Source: a virus
Taxonomy: Duplodnaviria > Caudoviricetes
Reading direction: 5' to 3' (one strand)
DNA: 37,322 nucleotides
IMG/VR virus record: IMGVR_UViG_3300047279_000044
Location: 1-37,322 of that record
A model generated the notes under the pieces. That model was given only the letters and a program-made list of their open reading frames with translations, was not told the origin of the DNA and made no database searches. The translations under genes and the position numbers were made by a program. Positions within the stretch are counted from its first letter, which is position 1. The number at the start of each line of letters is the position of its first letter. Shown here one piece after another: positions 8,594-17,971 of this stretch.

Positions 8594-9769
8594 ATGGCAA
8601 CACCATCAGTACAAGGTTTATTTGGAGGCATGGGTACTCCTGAGGAAATGCAACGACAAGCTGTGGAGCAACAGGCTCGTCAGTTTGCTACCATGTCTCC
8701 TCAACAACAGACATCCTATAACATTTTTAAGAACACATCTAATCTAGGTCGTGGCTTAGCAGGTGCTATGGGTGTAGATGTACAAGATCCTGCAATGAAA
8801 CGGGCTACTAGACTTCGTCAGTTAGCTTCACAGTACGATACCAATACACCTGAAGGTCTGAGACAGATGGCTCAAGCCTTACAAGGTACAGATCCTGAGT
8901 TGGGCTTCCAAGTGATGCAACGTGCTCAGGCTTTGGAGTTGGCAGAAGCTAAACTAGGCTCTGAGAAAGCCCTTACAACACAGCGTGAGCGTGAGAAAGA
9001 GTCTGCAGATCCTTTCCAGCAATTACTAGCTAAAGGTGTTTACACTCCTGCAAGCCTAGCATTGTACAAAACATCTAAGAATGTAAATGATTTAAAATTC
9101 AAAGATAAAGAGTATTCACCTTCAGAGATTCAGACATTACAGGAATATAGAAAGACACTTATTTCACCAGCTCAAGATAAAGAGATTTCAGAGGTAAACG
9201 CTGTTATTAAAGCAGCCGGAGAAGGTAAGGGAACTAAGATTGTTAATGAAATCCCCGGTATAAAAGGAACTGGTGATATTGTTAGTCTTCGTCAGAATCT
9301 AAACACTACATTGAAGCCATATCGTGATGCTGTTAATGCTGCTGATTCAGCTATAGCATTGGCTGACGATGTTCTTAAGACAAATAACTTTGCTTCCTCT
9401 TCGGCCTTATCACGCCAGTTAGCTAAAGCTGTTGGAGAACAACAAATATCTAAAGCTGACGTAGATGCTTTTGGTGGTGATCCTTCGTTAATTGGTATGG
9501 TATCAGATGTTGCTTCAAGATTAACAACAGGTACACCCACAGCAGATACAACACGTAGATTAAAACAACTTGCTCAGATTATCAAGAAAAAGAATGAAGC
9601 TCTTGAGAAGAATGAGATTGCACAGACACAACGTACAGCTGAATTGTCTGGGCTATATAAACCTGATCAAATTAAAGAGATATTTACACTAAGAGGTAAT
9701 GCACCAACAGCAGGAACTAAACGTACAACTGCAGGCGGTGTTACCTATTATGTTGAAGAAGGGAAGTAA
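8594..9769 (+). CDS. Internal virion / DNA ejection protein 2
   Basis: RBS aaggag; 391 aa, helical; position. Confidence 0.55.
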   Translation: MATPSVQGLFGGMGTPEEMQRQAVEQQARQFATMSPQQQTSYNIFKNTSNLGRGLAGAMGVDVQDPAMKRATRLRQLASQYDTNTPEGLRQMAQALQGTDPELGFQVMQRAQALELAEAKLGSEKALTTQREREKESADPFQQLLAKGVYTPASLALYKTSKNVNDLKFKDKEYSPSEIQTLQEYRKTLISPAQDKEISEVNAVIKAAGEGKGTKIVNEIPGIKGTGDIVSLRQNLNTTLKPYRDAVNAADSAIALADDVLKTNNFASSSALSRQLAKAVGEQQISKADVDAFGGDPSLIGMVSDVASRLTTGTPTADTTRRLKQLAQIIKKKNEALEKNEIAQTQRTAELSGLYKPDQIKEIFTLRGNAPTAGTKRTTAGGVTYYVEEGK

Positions 9770-9772
9770 CTT

Positions 9773-12337
9773 ATGAAATACATCATTAACGGTAAACCTG
9801 TTATTGTAGACAAAGCATTAACAGACGCTGAGATTGATGAGATTGCAGCTGACTTAGGAGGTTCTAGACCTACAAGCGGCCCTCAAGCTATTCCTACTGG
9901 AGGAAACGTTCCAGCTCCTGTAGCTCAGCCTCAGATGTCAGCTGGTGAGCGTATGTTTAACAATGCTTTGATGGGAGCTGCAGCAGTTCCTATTCTAGGT
10001 GCAGGTGCTAGAGGAATACAAGCTTTAACACAAGCAACTAAAGCTGCACCTTACACAGCTAACTTGGCTAAAGCATTCTTGCCTCAGTCAGGCCGTGCTT
10101 TGGCTGCTGAGGGAACTATTGGAGCTGCCAGCGGTTTAGTTGGTGGAGAAACAGGACAACAGGTTGCTCAGAAGTTTGGAGAACCTTATAGAGCTGCAGG
10201 TGAGTTTGCAGGTGGCTTAGGTTCAGGTTTGTTTGCTAACACAGTTACTCGTAATGTTCCTGAGATGGCCTTAGGTGCGTTTAGATCTCAAACTGGTAAT
10301 ATTGTAGATGATGTAGCCAATGCAGCTGGTGGTGTACGTGCTCGTGGTCGCTTAGCTCAAGCTATGGAAGCTAACCCTACACTATCTGATGATCTCTTAA
10401 GAGCTAAGGAAATTGAAGCATCTACAGGTGTTAAGTTACCAGTTACAGCTGCATCTAAAGGAGACACAACTCTTGGTGGTTTGGTTACTTCTCAAACATC
10501 TAGAGGTGAGAATGCTTCGTTCACAGCTTTCATGGCTAATCAAGAGAAAGAAGCTTTAGAGGCTGTTAAGCAAGCACAACGTAGACTTGCTGGTGATCCT
10601 AAGAATGCTGAAGCCCTTGCTGCAGTAGAAGCTAAGAAGGTAGAGCTTGAGAACTTCCGTAGAGAGACAGCTGCTGAGATGCGTTTAGCTAATCAGAATC
10701 GAACACTTGAAACTATAGATACACGTATCAAAACACTAACTGAAGATAATTTAAACGTAGCTACAGATAAAGAAGATATTGGTAATCGAATTAGTAGTCT
10801 GTTGTCTGCTAAGGAGAAGGCTGTACGTGCTGACTTCTCTAAGAATGTTTATGAACCTTTGTTGAACAAAGCTAAGACAGATGGTGTTGAGATGGAGTCT
10901 CAAGTAGCTGCTGTTTTGTGGAACTACATCAAGCAGGAGAAAGCTGGTGATGTGTTTGCTAAGTTCCCCGGATTGACTACACAGGTAGAAAGAGCCTTTG
11001 CACCTAAGAAGACACCTACAAGCAGTAAGTTTGCTGAGAAGTATCCTAACCTTGTACGCTCAGCTGAAGGTACTTTTCAGAATGTATCTGTTACTGATGT
11101 TGACTCTTTAAAGAGAGCTGTTAACAAGGCTATTGGAGACACACAGGATAGAGATCAATCACGTATCTTGCTTGGTTTTAAAAAGCAACTAGACGAAGCT
11201 ATTGGCACTATGCCTGAGTCCTTTTCAGTTCCATATAAGCAGGCAGATAAAGACTTTGCAGCTAAGGTAGGAATGCCTTTTAGTGAAGCTGGTGTAGTGT
11301 CTGTGGACAGGTCAAGGTTTGTTGAGTCTGTAGTTCCAATGCTTACGAACAAGCCATCAGCTGTACGTCAAGTATTAGCAGCTTCTGATAACTCACCTGA
11401 GGCTATCAAGATCATTGAAGATGCTTTCTTGATGCGTATCTCACAGACAGATGGTATTGTTAATAAGAATACACTAGAAGTTAACCCTGCAGCTCTAACA
11501 TCATTCATTAAGAAGAACAGCGCAGCTATTGATCAAGTACCGGGCTTGAAGGAACGGTTACAAAGCTTATCCAACAATGTTGAGGCTCTTCGTACTAATA
11601 GAACACGTATTCTTGATGAACAGAAACAGGCAACAATTGAGAAGTTCTCTAATGTCTGGTCAGAGTCTTATGGCTCTAAAGGTGGCTTTGAAGGCTTTGT
11701 GAACAATGCTTTAAAAACTCCTGAAGACATGAATAGGCTTATTCGTATGGCTGGGTCAGACTCTTCATTGCGTAACGGATTAAAGAGCACTATATTAGAG
11801 ATTGGTTTAAACAGCCCTAATAAAGTAGCCTTCTACACTGATAACGCTAAGGCACTTGACAGCTTGTTTGGTAAGGAACACTCACAAACAGTTAAGGATC
11901 TTTTAGAAGGTGCTGAAAGACTTGCACAGTTCCCGTTGCGTAATAAAGTTAATCAGACACTGACACAGCAGACTGGCTTTGAACGTGAGTTTGGTACAGA
12001 TCCAGCCAAAGCTGCTTCATTGATTCGTCAGCAAGTTCAGAGTACCTTCTATAAAGCATCTACTTTGTTTAGTCGCTTTGTACAGAATAAGGCTACTAAG
12101 TCAGAGGCTGCGGAGATACAAGAGTTCTTAAAGAATCCCGGAGCTGTTGCAGACGCTGCTGAGTTATTAAAAGCTTTGAATGATACCTCTGAACAAGGTA
12201 TTAAAAAGGCTTTGAGTATAGCTGGTAAGTTAGCTAAGAACACAGCTTCAGCAGGTATCTTTGGAGGTCTTGCTCCTGTGATTACAGGTGAGCTTGGATT
12301 GAGTGAAAGACAACCAGTGCAGCAGTATGCTGAGTAA
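9773..12337 (+). CDS. Large internal virion / DNA ejection protein 3
   Basis: 854 aa, helical, with N-terminal Gly/Ala hydrophobic segments; last structural gene before the lysis genes. Confidence 0.6.
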   Translation: MKYIINGKPVIVDKALTDAEIDEIAADLGGSRPTSGPQAIPTGGNVPAPVAQPQMSAGERMFNNALMGAAAVPILGAGARGIQALTQATKAAPYTANLAKAFLPQSGRALAAEGTIGAASGLVGGETGQQVAQKFGEPYRAAGEFAGGLGSGLFANTVTRNVPEMALGAFRSQTGNIVDDVANAAGGVRARGRLAQAMEANPTLSDDLLRAKEIEASTGVKLPVTAASKGDTTLGGLVTSQTSRGENASFTAFMANQEKEALEAVKQAQRRLAGDPKNAEALAAVEAKKVELENFRRETAAEMRLANQNRTLETIDTRIKTLTEDNLNVATDKEDIGNRISSLLSAKEKAVRADFSKNVYEPLLNKAKTDGVEMESQVAAVLWNYIKQEKAGDVFAKFPGLTTQVERAFAPKKTPTSSKFAEKYPNLVRSAEGTFQNVSVTDVDSLKRAVNKAIGDTQDRDQSRILLGFKKQLDEAIGTMPESFSVPYKQADKDFAAKVGMPFSEAGVVSVDRSRFVESVVPMLTNKPSAVRQVLAASDNSPEAIKIIEDAFLMRISQTDGIVNKNTLEVNPAALTSFIKKNSAAIDQVPGLKERLQSLSNNVEALRTNRTRILDEQKQATIEKFSNVWSESYGSKGGFEGFVNNALKTPEDMNRLIRMAGSDSSLRNGLKSTILEIGLNSPNKVAFYTDNAKALDSLFGKEHSQTVKDLLEGAERLAQFPLRNKVNQTLTQQTGFEREFGTDPAKAASLIRQQVQSTFYKASTLFSRFVQNKATKSEAAEIQEFLKNPGAVADAAELLKALNDTSEQGIKKALSIAGKLAKNTASAGIFGGLAPVITGELGLSERQPVQQYAE

Positions 12338-12339
12338 TC

Positions 12340-12630
12340 ATGAGAAAGCTAATATATGTCCTACTAACACTAGGACTGTTAGCTTCTGCACAGGCTCCTC
12401 CCACTAACTGTGCAAGGGAATTCTACCTAATATCTCACTCTATTCATAACCCTGCTGAGAGGCATCAACAACTTCTAAGGATATTGTCGATATACGAATG
12501 TACTACTTATGAGTTGAATGATATATGGAATAACCTAGGTAGTTGGGTAGGGTCTGCAGATAGTGCAGAACTAAGACAGAAGCTTATTCACGAACACGCT
12601 AAAGCTACTCTGAGGGAGTCTAAGAAATGA
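12340..12630 (+). CDS. Hypothetical exported protein (signal peptide)
   Basis: MRK-LIYVLLTLGLL-ASAQA signal-peptide pattern; two Cys in the mature part. Confidence 0.6.
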   Translation: MRKLIYVLLTLGLLASAQAPPTNCAREFYLISHSIHNPAERHQQLLRILSIYECTTYELNDIWNNLGSWVGSADSAELRQKLIHEHAKATLRESKK

Positions 12631-12869
12631 TAGCCTCCTTACATAAATGGTATCCCTTTGTCTTCCCTGATACACACGATGTAAAGTCAATTGCTTTTGA
12701 GAAGAGAGTTGAGAGACTTGAATATGAGTACAGGGAAGCAGTTAAAGCTCAGAAGGTAAGGGATGCTATTGAGGAGCTGGCTTTAGAGTTGTATAACAAA
12801 AGAGCTTATCAAACTACTCTAGAGATAGAGACTTTTAATAATACTAGGCACTTTGATAAATACGTATAG
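12627..12869 (+). CDS. Hypothetical coiled-coil protein
   Basis: ATGA overlap with the upstream gene, RBS gggag; charged helical sequence. Confidence 0.6.
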   Translation: MIASLHKWYPFVFPDTHDVKSIAFEKRVERLEYEYREAVKAQKVRDAIEELALELYNKRAYQTTLEIETFNNTRHFDKYV

Positions 12870-12886
12870 TAAGAAGGAGATTAAAT

Positions 12887-13294
12887 ATGTTTGCAATAGA
12901 TGCACTTTTAAATGTAGGTAGTAAGTTAATTGATAAACTTATACCAGACCCTGAACAGAAAGCTAAGGCTCAGTTAGAACTACAAAGGATGGCTCAAGAG
13001 GGTGAGTTAGCTAAGATGGCTAATGATACTAAGCTGTATGAGACTGAACAGAATAACCTGACACAGCGTATGCAAGCTGATATGTCATCTGACTCTTGGA
13101 TGTCTAAGAATATACGTCCATTGACTCTAGTATTTCTTTTAGCAGCTTATTCAGGCTTTGCAATTGCATCTATCTTTGAGTATGAGACTCGTGGTGCTTA
13201 TGTGGAGCTTCTAGGTCAGTGGGGAATGCTGGTGATGTCCTTCTACTTTGGAGGCCGTACAATGGAGAAGATTGCAGATAGGGTTAAGAGATGA
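12887..13294 (+). CDS. Holin (GTA 3TM-holin-like)
   Basis: KLIDKLIPDP..KAKAQLEL, WMSKNIRPL, SFYFGGRTMEK motifs with TM segments; overlaps the endolysin start. Confidence 0.75.
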   Translation: MFAIDALLNVGSKLIDKLIPDPEQKAKAQLELQRMAQEGELAKMANDTKLYETEQNNLTQRMQADMSSDSWMSKNIRPLTLVFLLAAYSGFAIASIFEYETRGAYVELLGQWGMLVMSFYFGGRTMEKIADRVKR

Positions 13295-13722
13295 CAAATC
13301 TAACACCTCACTTTACCTTAGAAGAGTTAACTCATACAGATCACAGACAGTTTGATAACACACCCAATGAACAAGAACTTGAAAACCTTAAGAGACTTGC
13401 AGCCTTCCTTGAGGATATTAAAGCAGCCCTCGGAGGAAAACCAGTTATCGTTAACTCAGCTTTTAGAAGTAAGCAAGTCAATGACGCTGTTGGCTCTAAA
13501 GATAGTAGCCAGCATCGTAGTGGTTGTGCTGTGGACATCAGAGTACCTCAACTAACACCAGATCAGGTTGTGAGAACTATTATGGATGCTGGTTTACCTT
13601 ATGATCAACTTATACGTGAGTTTGATAGGTGGACGCATGTTAGTATTCCCAGTAGACCTAATGTGGAGCCTAGAAAGCAAGTACTGATTATCGATAAACA
13701 AGGTACTAGAGCATTTGCTTAA
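13291..13722 (+). CDS. Endolysin, peptidase M15A (Zn D,D-peptidase-type)
   Basis: LTPHFTLEEL, SAFRS..VN.AVG....SQH..G.AVDI and WTHVS zinc-ligand motifs. Confidence 0.9.
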   Translation: MTNLTPHFTLEELTHTDHRQFDNTPNEQELENLKRLAAFLEDIKAALGGKPVIVNSAFRSKQVNDAVGSKDSSQHRSGCAVDIRVPQLTPDQVVRTIMDAGLPYDQLIREFDRWTHVSIPSRPNVEPRKQVLIIDKQGTRAFA

Positions 13723-13754
13723 GTATACAGTACTAAGGTTTAAGTATCCAATAG

Positions 13755-13792
13755 AAAAGCCCTTTAGAGTTATTAGCTCTAGAGGGCTTTTT
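13755..13792. terminator. Bidirectional rho-independent terminator between the two arms
   Basis: AAAAGCCCTTTAGAG-ttattag-CTCTAGAGGGCTTTTT: a stem flanked by an A-tract and a T-tract at the convergence point. Confidence 0.9.
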
Positions 13793-13797
13793 AGTTA

Positions 13798-13953
13798 TTA
13801 GTCTAGGATAAACGCTACCGTTATGAATCCTATGTGTAGATAGATCACAGGTACAGGATCCTCAGTCATGATATCATTCTCATCCATGATGAATAGTTGA
13901 TCAGCTTCTAAGCCAAACACTAGACCAGCTTTAGTTTCAAACTCTAAAGTCAT
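13798..13953 (-). CDS. Hypothetical 51-aa protein (not in ORF track)
   Basis: MTLEFETKAGLVFGLEADQLFIMDENDIMTEDPVPVIYLHIGFITVAFILD; ATGA overlap with the RNR stop; fills the gap to the terminator. Confidence 0.7.
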   Translation of the reverse strand: MTLEFETKAGLVFGLEADQLFIMDENDIMTEDPVPVIYLHIGFITVAFILD

Positions 13954-15854
13954 ATTTCACAGACTCCAGCCACACAAGCTAACTGTTGAGCACCTTCAAC
14001 ATTGTCGGTACGTTCAATGAACTTATCCCAGTCAATACCTAAAGGCATCTTAGAAACCATGTCGTGATACTCAAACTCATTCATAGACTCATAAGGAGCT
14101 TGTCGATATGTACCTCCATCCATAGGTAGGAAGCTCACACCTGTAATCTCATCAAAGTTATTCCACACCCAAGCTCCAACTTCAGGCCACTCAGTCTCAT
14201 TCACTGAGATTGTAACTGAAGGCTTATGCTCACAGTAGTGACGCTGAAACAACAACCACAGTCTCAAGTGCTTAATAGCATTCAAGTCCTCACGCAGTAC
14301 AGCACCATTCTCAACTCGCATTGGGAAGCTGAACACCGTAGTACTCTCAGGCTTCATAACACAAGGCTCAGCTGGGAACCCTTGAGCTTTCAAGAAGTCA
14401 GTCAGAGGGTCTTTGTTATCAGACCGTACACGACGAATAAAGTACTGACTGTGCTGAGGATGGATGCCACTAGCAGTGCCTGTAAGCTGAGAGACAGTGC
14501 CCTCGGGCTTAATTGCAGTAATGGCAGCACTTCGATTAATGCCAATAGCGTCAGCAAACTCAGCGTTAGTATCAATAGCCACATTCTTAAGTCCTTCCAA
14601 GATAGCTGGTAATTCAGCGTTATCAGGGTCATTCAACAATACATTATCCAAGATACCTGTCATTGACACACCCAACAAACGCTCATCTTCAGTGTTAGTC
14701 TGCCACACCTTACGAAGGTACGGGAAGTGAGTCATCGTAGATTGAAAAGTCCCCAGAATAGTAGCCAAGCGCACCTTATTCCGTAGAGTATCCACACTAT
14801 CGCTGCTCCGAACAATAACAGAAGACAGATTACAAAATTGATAAGGTCTAAGGATAATCTCACTGCAAGGGTTTGTACCCCACTCTTTACCCAACTCCCT
14901 ACGTCCATTCTTAGCTGCTTGAAGTTCACTTGCATAACGATTAAAGATACCTCGCTCTCCAGAGTGTGATTCATAGATACTTGACCACTCACGCATGAAC
15001 TTACCTACATCAGGCTTAACTTCGTAGATTGCACTGTTGTTAGCCAAGGCACGTTGACCATTACCATCCCACCAGTTACCAGCTTTAGCATGAGCCATAC
15101 GATCATCACTCAAGTCAGACAATGAGATCATAGCCGATCGACGCACTCCACCGACCACCACAACTTCGCCAACTTTGCAGAGGATGTCGTGAGCTTCCAA
15201 GCTTGTAAGTTTTCGTCCCGTAGCAAGCTTGAATTTATTAACAACATACTTGAACAAGTCCTCAAGAGGTTGAGGGCCACTGGCACGTCCACCGAAGGTC
15301 TTGAGTCGTGCACCTGCAGGTCGTACAGCAGATACGTCCCACTTCGGAATCTCGCCAGCATACAGTAAGGCGATAACTTGTCGTAACGCTTTAGCCCATC
15401 CCTCTTTGGAGTCCTTAACATTAATGACAGTACCACTATTGTACAACTCAGTTGGGATCTCAGGTAACTTAGATACATACTTTTGCTCCACACTAAAGCC
15501 TACACCAGTTCCGCATAACAGAATATACATAGCCTCATCAAATGCCTTAGGGTCATCGATAGGTAAGTATGAACAGTTATAACCTGCCACATTCTGTCGC
15601 TCAAGCGCATCACCAGCTGTCATGATACTACGCATTGAAGGCACTACTTCAAGGTTAGTCACAGCAGCTTGTAACTCAGCACGGAGGTCAGCTGGAATGT
15701 CATAGTTATGGTTAGTCTTTAACTGTTTAGTCATGAAGTCGAAGTAACGGGCTGCAGTCTCAGGCCAGTGCTCTCTACGGCCTTTATCATCCAAGTAGCG
15801 TGAATATCTGCTTTTACCGATGTACTCTTGGTATGGTGTCATAGTTGTGCTCAT
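13950..15854 (-). CDS. nrdJ: Class II (adenosylcobalamin-dependent) ribonucleotide reductase
   Basis: YNCSY, GTGVGFSV, VVGGVRRSA, TNPCSEI, CNLS, TAIKPEGTVS, EHKPSVT and C-terminal CVAGVCEI redox pair; no small-subunit gene in the genome. Confidence 0.92.
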   Translation of the reverse strand: MSTTMTPYQEYIGKSRYSRYLDDKGRREHWPETAARYFDFMTKQLKTNHNYDIPADLRAELQAAVTNLEVVPSMRSIMTAGDALERQNVAGYNCSYLPIDDPKAFDEAMYILLCGTGVGFSVEQKYVSKLPEIPTELYNSGTVINVKDSKEGWAKALRQVIALLYAGEIPKWDVSAVRPAGARLKTFGGRASGPQPLEDLFKYVVNKFKLATGRKLTSLEAHDILCKVGEVVVVGGVRRSAMISLSDLSDDRMAHAKAGNWWDGNGQRALANNSAIYEVKPDVGKFMREWSSIYESHSGERGIFNRYASELQAAKNGRRELGKEWGTNPCSEIILRPYQFCNLSSVIVRSSDSVDTLRNKVRLATILGTFQSTMTHFPYLRKVWQTNTEDERLLGVSMTGILDNVLLNDPDNAELPAILEGLKNVAIDTNAEFADAIGINRSAAITAIKPEGTVSQLTGTASGIHPQHSQYFIRRVRSDNKDPLTDFLKAQGFPAEPCVMKPESTTVFSFPMRVENGAVLREDLNAIKHLRLWLLFQRHYCEHKPSVTISVNETEWPEVGAWVWNNFDEITGVSFLPMDGGTYRQAPYESMNEFEYHDMVSKMPLGIDWDKFIERTDNVEGAQQLACVAGVCEI

Positions 15855-16070
15855 TTAGTCTAGTTCCTTTATTAAATATTCTTGTTTCTTTTCAATGATG
15901 TCATCAAATCTTTCGACAAGGTCATCACTCTGGAGTCCTAACAGTTCCACGAGTGTGACCTCATCTAAACGTTTGAGAGCCTCTTTCAGTTCTTCAAATG
16001 TTATGTTTAACACGTTTATTGATCTCTCTGTCAATATACCACTTAGCCTTCTTAAGGTCTTCAATGGCAT
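15855..16070 (-). CDS. Hypothetical acidic helical protein (start may be GTG 16013)
   Basis: ITFEELKEALKRLDEVTLVELL..; its stop abuts the nrdJ ATG. Confidence 0.65.
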   Translation of the reverse strand: MPLKTLRRLSGILTERSINVLNITFEELKEALKRLDEVTLVELLGLQSDDLVERFDDIIEKKQEYLIKELD

Positions 16071-16383
16071 CTTTCTTCAAATCACAGCGCCAGATATATT
16101 TGATTGCATTACCTAAGTTAAATCCCATGTGCTCAGTAACTTGGATACATTCAATACCTGACGGATGTTCAGTGTAGTGTTTAGGTTTATCTACTGGATT
16201 CCACTCTTTATAACCAGCCTCTTCATCTTTACAGTCTACCCATTCTTTAATAGCTTCACTCAGTGGCTTAGAAGCTTCTCGAATGTACATGTTACGAGGA
16301 ACCCACTTATCATAATTGTTACAACTTCTGCAAGGTGCTACATCACCTTCTAGTTCACTATAAAAGCAAGTTTTACACTCCAT
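15994..16383 (-). CDS. DUF3310 / T7 gp1.7-like (nucleotide kinase-like) protein with N-terminal CxxC..CxxC
   Basis: VDKPKHY..IECI..GFNLGNAIKYIWR..K..EDLKKAKWY motif; start refined to ATG 16383 with a ggag RBS. Confidence 0.8.
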   Translation of the reverse strand: MECKTCFYSELEGDVAPCRSCNNYDKWVPRNMYIREASKPLSEAIKEWVDCKDEEAGYKEWNPVDKPKHYTEHPSGIECIQVTEHMGFNLGNAIKYIWRCDLKKDAIEDLKKAKWYIDREINKRVKHNI

Positions 16384-17137
16384 ATCGTTTCTCCAAGTAT
16401 TCAATGCTTAAGAACATTTCATCGAAGTGTCCATCCTGTACTTCATTCATCATAAGTAAACCTCTCCAGTGTCTGTTACTTAGTTGATCCATATAAGACT
16501 CATCGTGTAGATAATAGGAACCAACGATGATAGCACAAATAGGCTTTCCATCAGCACGTTTTCCATATGCGATTTGTTTACCCTGTTGATGTCCTGCAAT
16601 ACAAGACATATGGAGTTTATTAATAATAGCACTAGCAGCACCGGCAGGTCTACCCATCGCACCAACGGGCCAGTAATGATTAAAGCCAACACCATTAATA
16701 AACACAGGGTGTAGAAAACCGTGTACTTCCCAATCTTTCTCATAGTCTAAGTCCTTAGTTGAAATCAAACCCTCTAGAGTTGGATTGTTATTAACAGCTC
16801 TATCGATACGATTCTCATGGTTCCCTAGAGTCATCACCATACGAGGCTTGTATACCTTGTGTTTACCTACTTTCTGTGACCTTTGAAGTTCCCTAAGAGG
16901 AGCCAGTAACAGCTTCATGGCCTCCTTAGCAGCTTCAACGTCCTTCTTGTAGCGTAAACCTTCAAAGTACTTACTTCCTTTGATGTCGTGGCTACTAAGG
17001 CTTGGCATGTCAGCAAAGTCACCTAGATTAACAACTACATCAGGCTTGTAATCGACAATAGCTTTACCAGCCCATGTCAGATGCTCTAGAGGTACGCCTT
17101 CTTTAACTTGACAGTCAGGTATCACTAATATCTTCAA
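16373..17137 (-). CDS. Calcineurin-like metallophosphoesterase
   Basis: VIPDCQ, NLGDFAD, LGNHENR, GHQQ motifs; probable TTG start at 17137 after gaaggag. Confidence 0.85.
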   Translation of the reverse strand: MKILVIPDCQVKEGVPLEHLTWAGKAIVDYKPDVVVNLGDFADMPSLSSHDIKGSKYFEGLRYKKDVEAAKEAMKLLLAPLRELQRSQKVGKHKVYKPRMVMTLGNHENRIDRAVNNNPTLEGLISTKDLDYEKDWEVHGFLHPVFINGVGFNHYWPVGAMGRPAGAASAIINKLHMSCIAGHQQGKQIAYGKRADGKPICAIIVGSYYLHDESYMDQLSNRHWRGLLMMNEVQDGHFDEMFLSIEYLEKRYGV

Positions 17138-17297
17138 GATCAACTCCTTCAACAGTTAGTTTATCACCCCTACGTATGCCAGCTTTGATGGCCTCTAAGA
17201 TACCAAAGCTCAAGAGTGCTTTAGCTTCTTCGTTAGTAAGGTCAAAACTATATGTAGCATCACCGTTCTCATGTTCTTTAATCAGCTCTACGTTCAT
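17115..17297 (-). CDS. Hypothetical protein
   Basis: Strong RBS aaggaggc; ELIKEHENGDATYSFDLT pattern. Confidence 0.7.
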   Translation of the reverse strand: MNVELIKEHENGDATYSFDLTNEEAKALLSFGILEAIKAGIRRGDKLTVEGVDLEDISDT

Positions 17298-17565
17298 TCT
17301 CAGCCTCCTTTAAGAACTCTTCAGCATCAGGTCTGTACATGAAGTACTTAAGACATACAGCAATAGCTTTATTGACTTTAAAGTTCTCCAGAACATCTTG
17401 AGGATCACTGCTAAAACCACCACTGATAGTGTTTAGGTAAGTCTCTTTAAGAGTCTCAACAGTGATAGCGTCTGCTAAGTCATACCAAGCATTCTTAGCT
17501 TCCTGCGAATTCTCAAGTGCTTGTATAAGGTTATTTAACACGTTTAGTTCCTTTCTTAGGTTCAT
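17278..17565 (-). CDS. Hypothetical protein (start probably GTG 17541)
   Basis: Fills the operon gap; aaaggaa RBS before GTG 17541. Confidence 0.65.
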   Translation of the reverse strand: MNLRKELNVLNNLIQALENSQEAKNAWYDLADAITVETLKETYLNTISGGFSSDPQDVLENFKVNKAIAVCLKYFMYRPDAEEFLKEAENERRAD

Positions 17566-17971
17566 TTAACCATGACACAGGAATATCTTTATCAGCGTAC
17601 TTGAACCCATGCTTATCACACCACATACCGTATGTTGTCTGACTTAGCTTTGAAAGCTTAGCTTTAGAGTTACTAAAGACAAACCTAATATCTAACTCAG
17701 GGTACTGCTCTTGAATCATTAGGTGCTTCTGTCTATCCGCTGTTACAAATCTTCCCTTACTTTCAATGATAATACCATTGTTAAGAAGTACAAAGTCAGG
17801 AGTGTACTTTCTAGCCTTGGCAGGTTGAACATAATCAATCACAAGTTTCTCATACTCAAATGGAATACCTAGACTGGTTAAGTTCTCAGCTATCTTGTCT
17901 TCTAAGCCAGATCTAAAGCCATGCTTTAAAGCTACTTGTCTAACTGTAAGTGGCTTCCTCTTGTTGCTCAT
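17531..17971 (-). CDS. Endonuclease I / Holliday junction resolvase (T7 gp3-like)
   Basis: FRSGLEDKIA, YTPDFVL.NGIIIESKGRF...DRQKHL, LDIRFVF, YGMWCDKHGF motifs. Confidence 0.95.
   Translation of the reverse strand: MSNKRKPLTVRQVALKHGFRSGLEDKIAENLTSLGIPFEYEKLVIDYVQPAKARKYTPDFVLLNNGIIIESKGRFVTADRQKHLMIQEQYPELDIRFVFSNSKAKLSKLSQTTYGMWCDKHGFKYADKDIPVSWLNEPKKGTKRVK

Noticed and set aside
1271-12337. Stop-codon readthrough or recoding, suggested by runs of consecutive in-frame genes (1273/1277, 2248/2249, 5771/5772, 7543/7544, 8584/8594, 9769/9773)
   Set aside because: Stops are TAA, several downstream genes have their own RBS, gene sizes fit separate known protein types, conserved enzymes are uninterrupted in the standard code, and no suppressor tRNA is seen.
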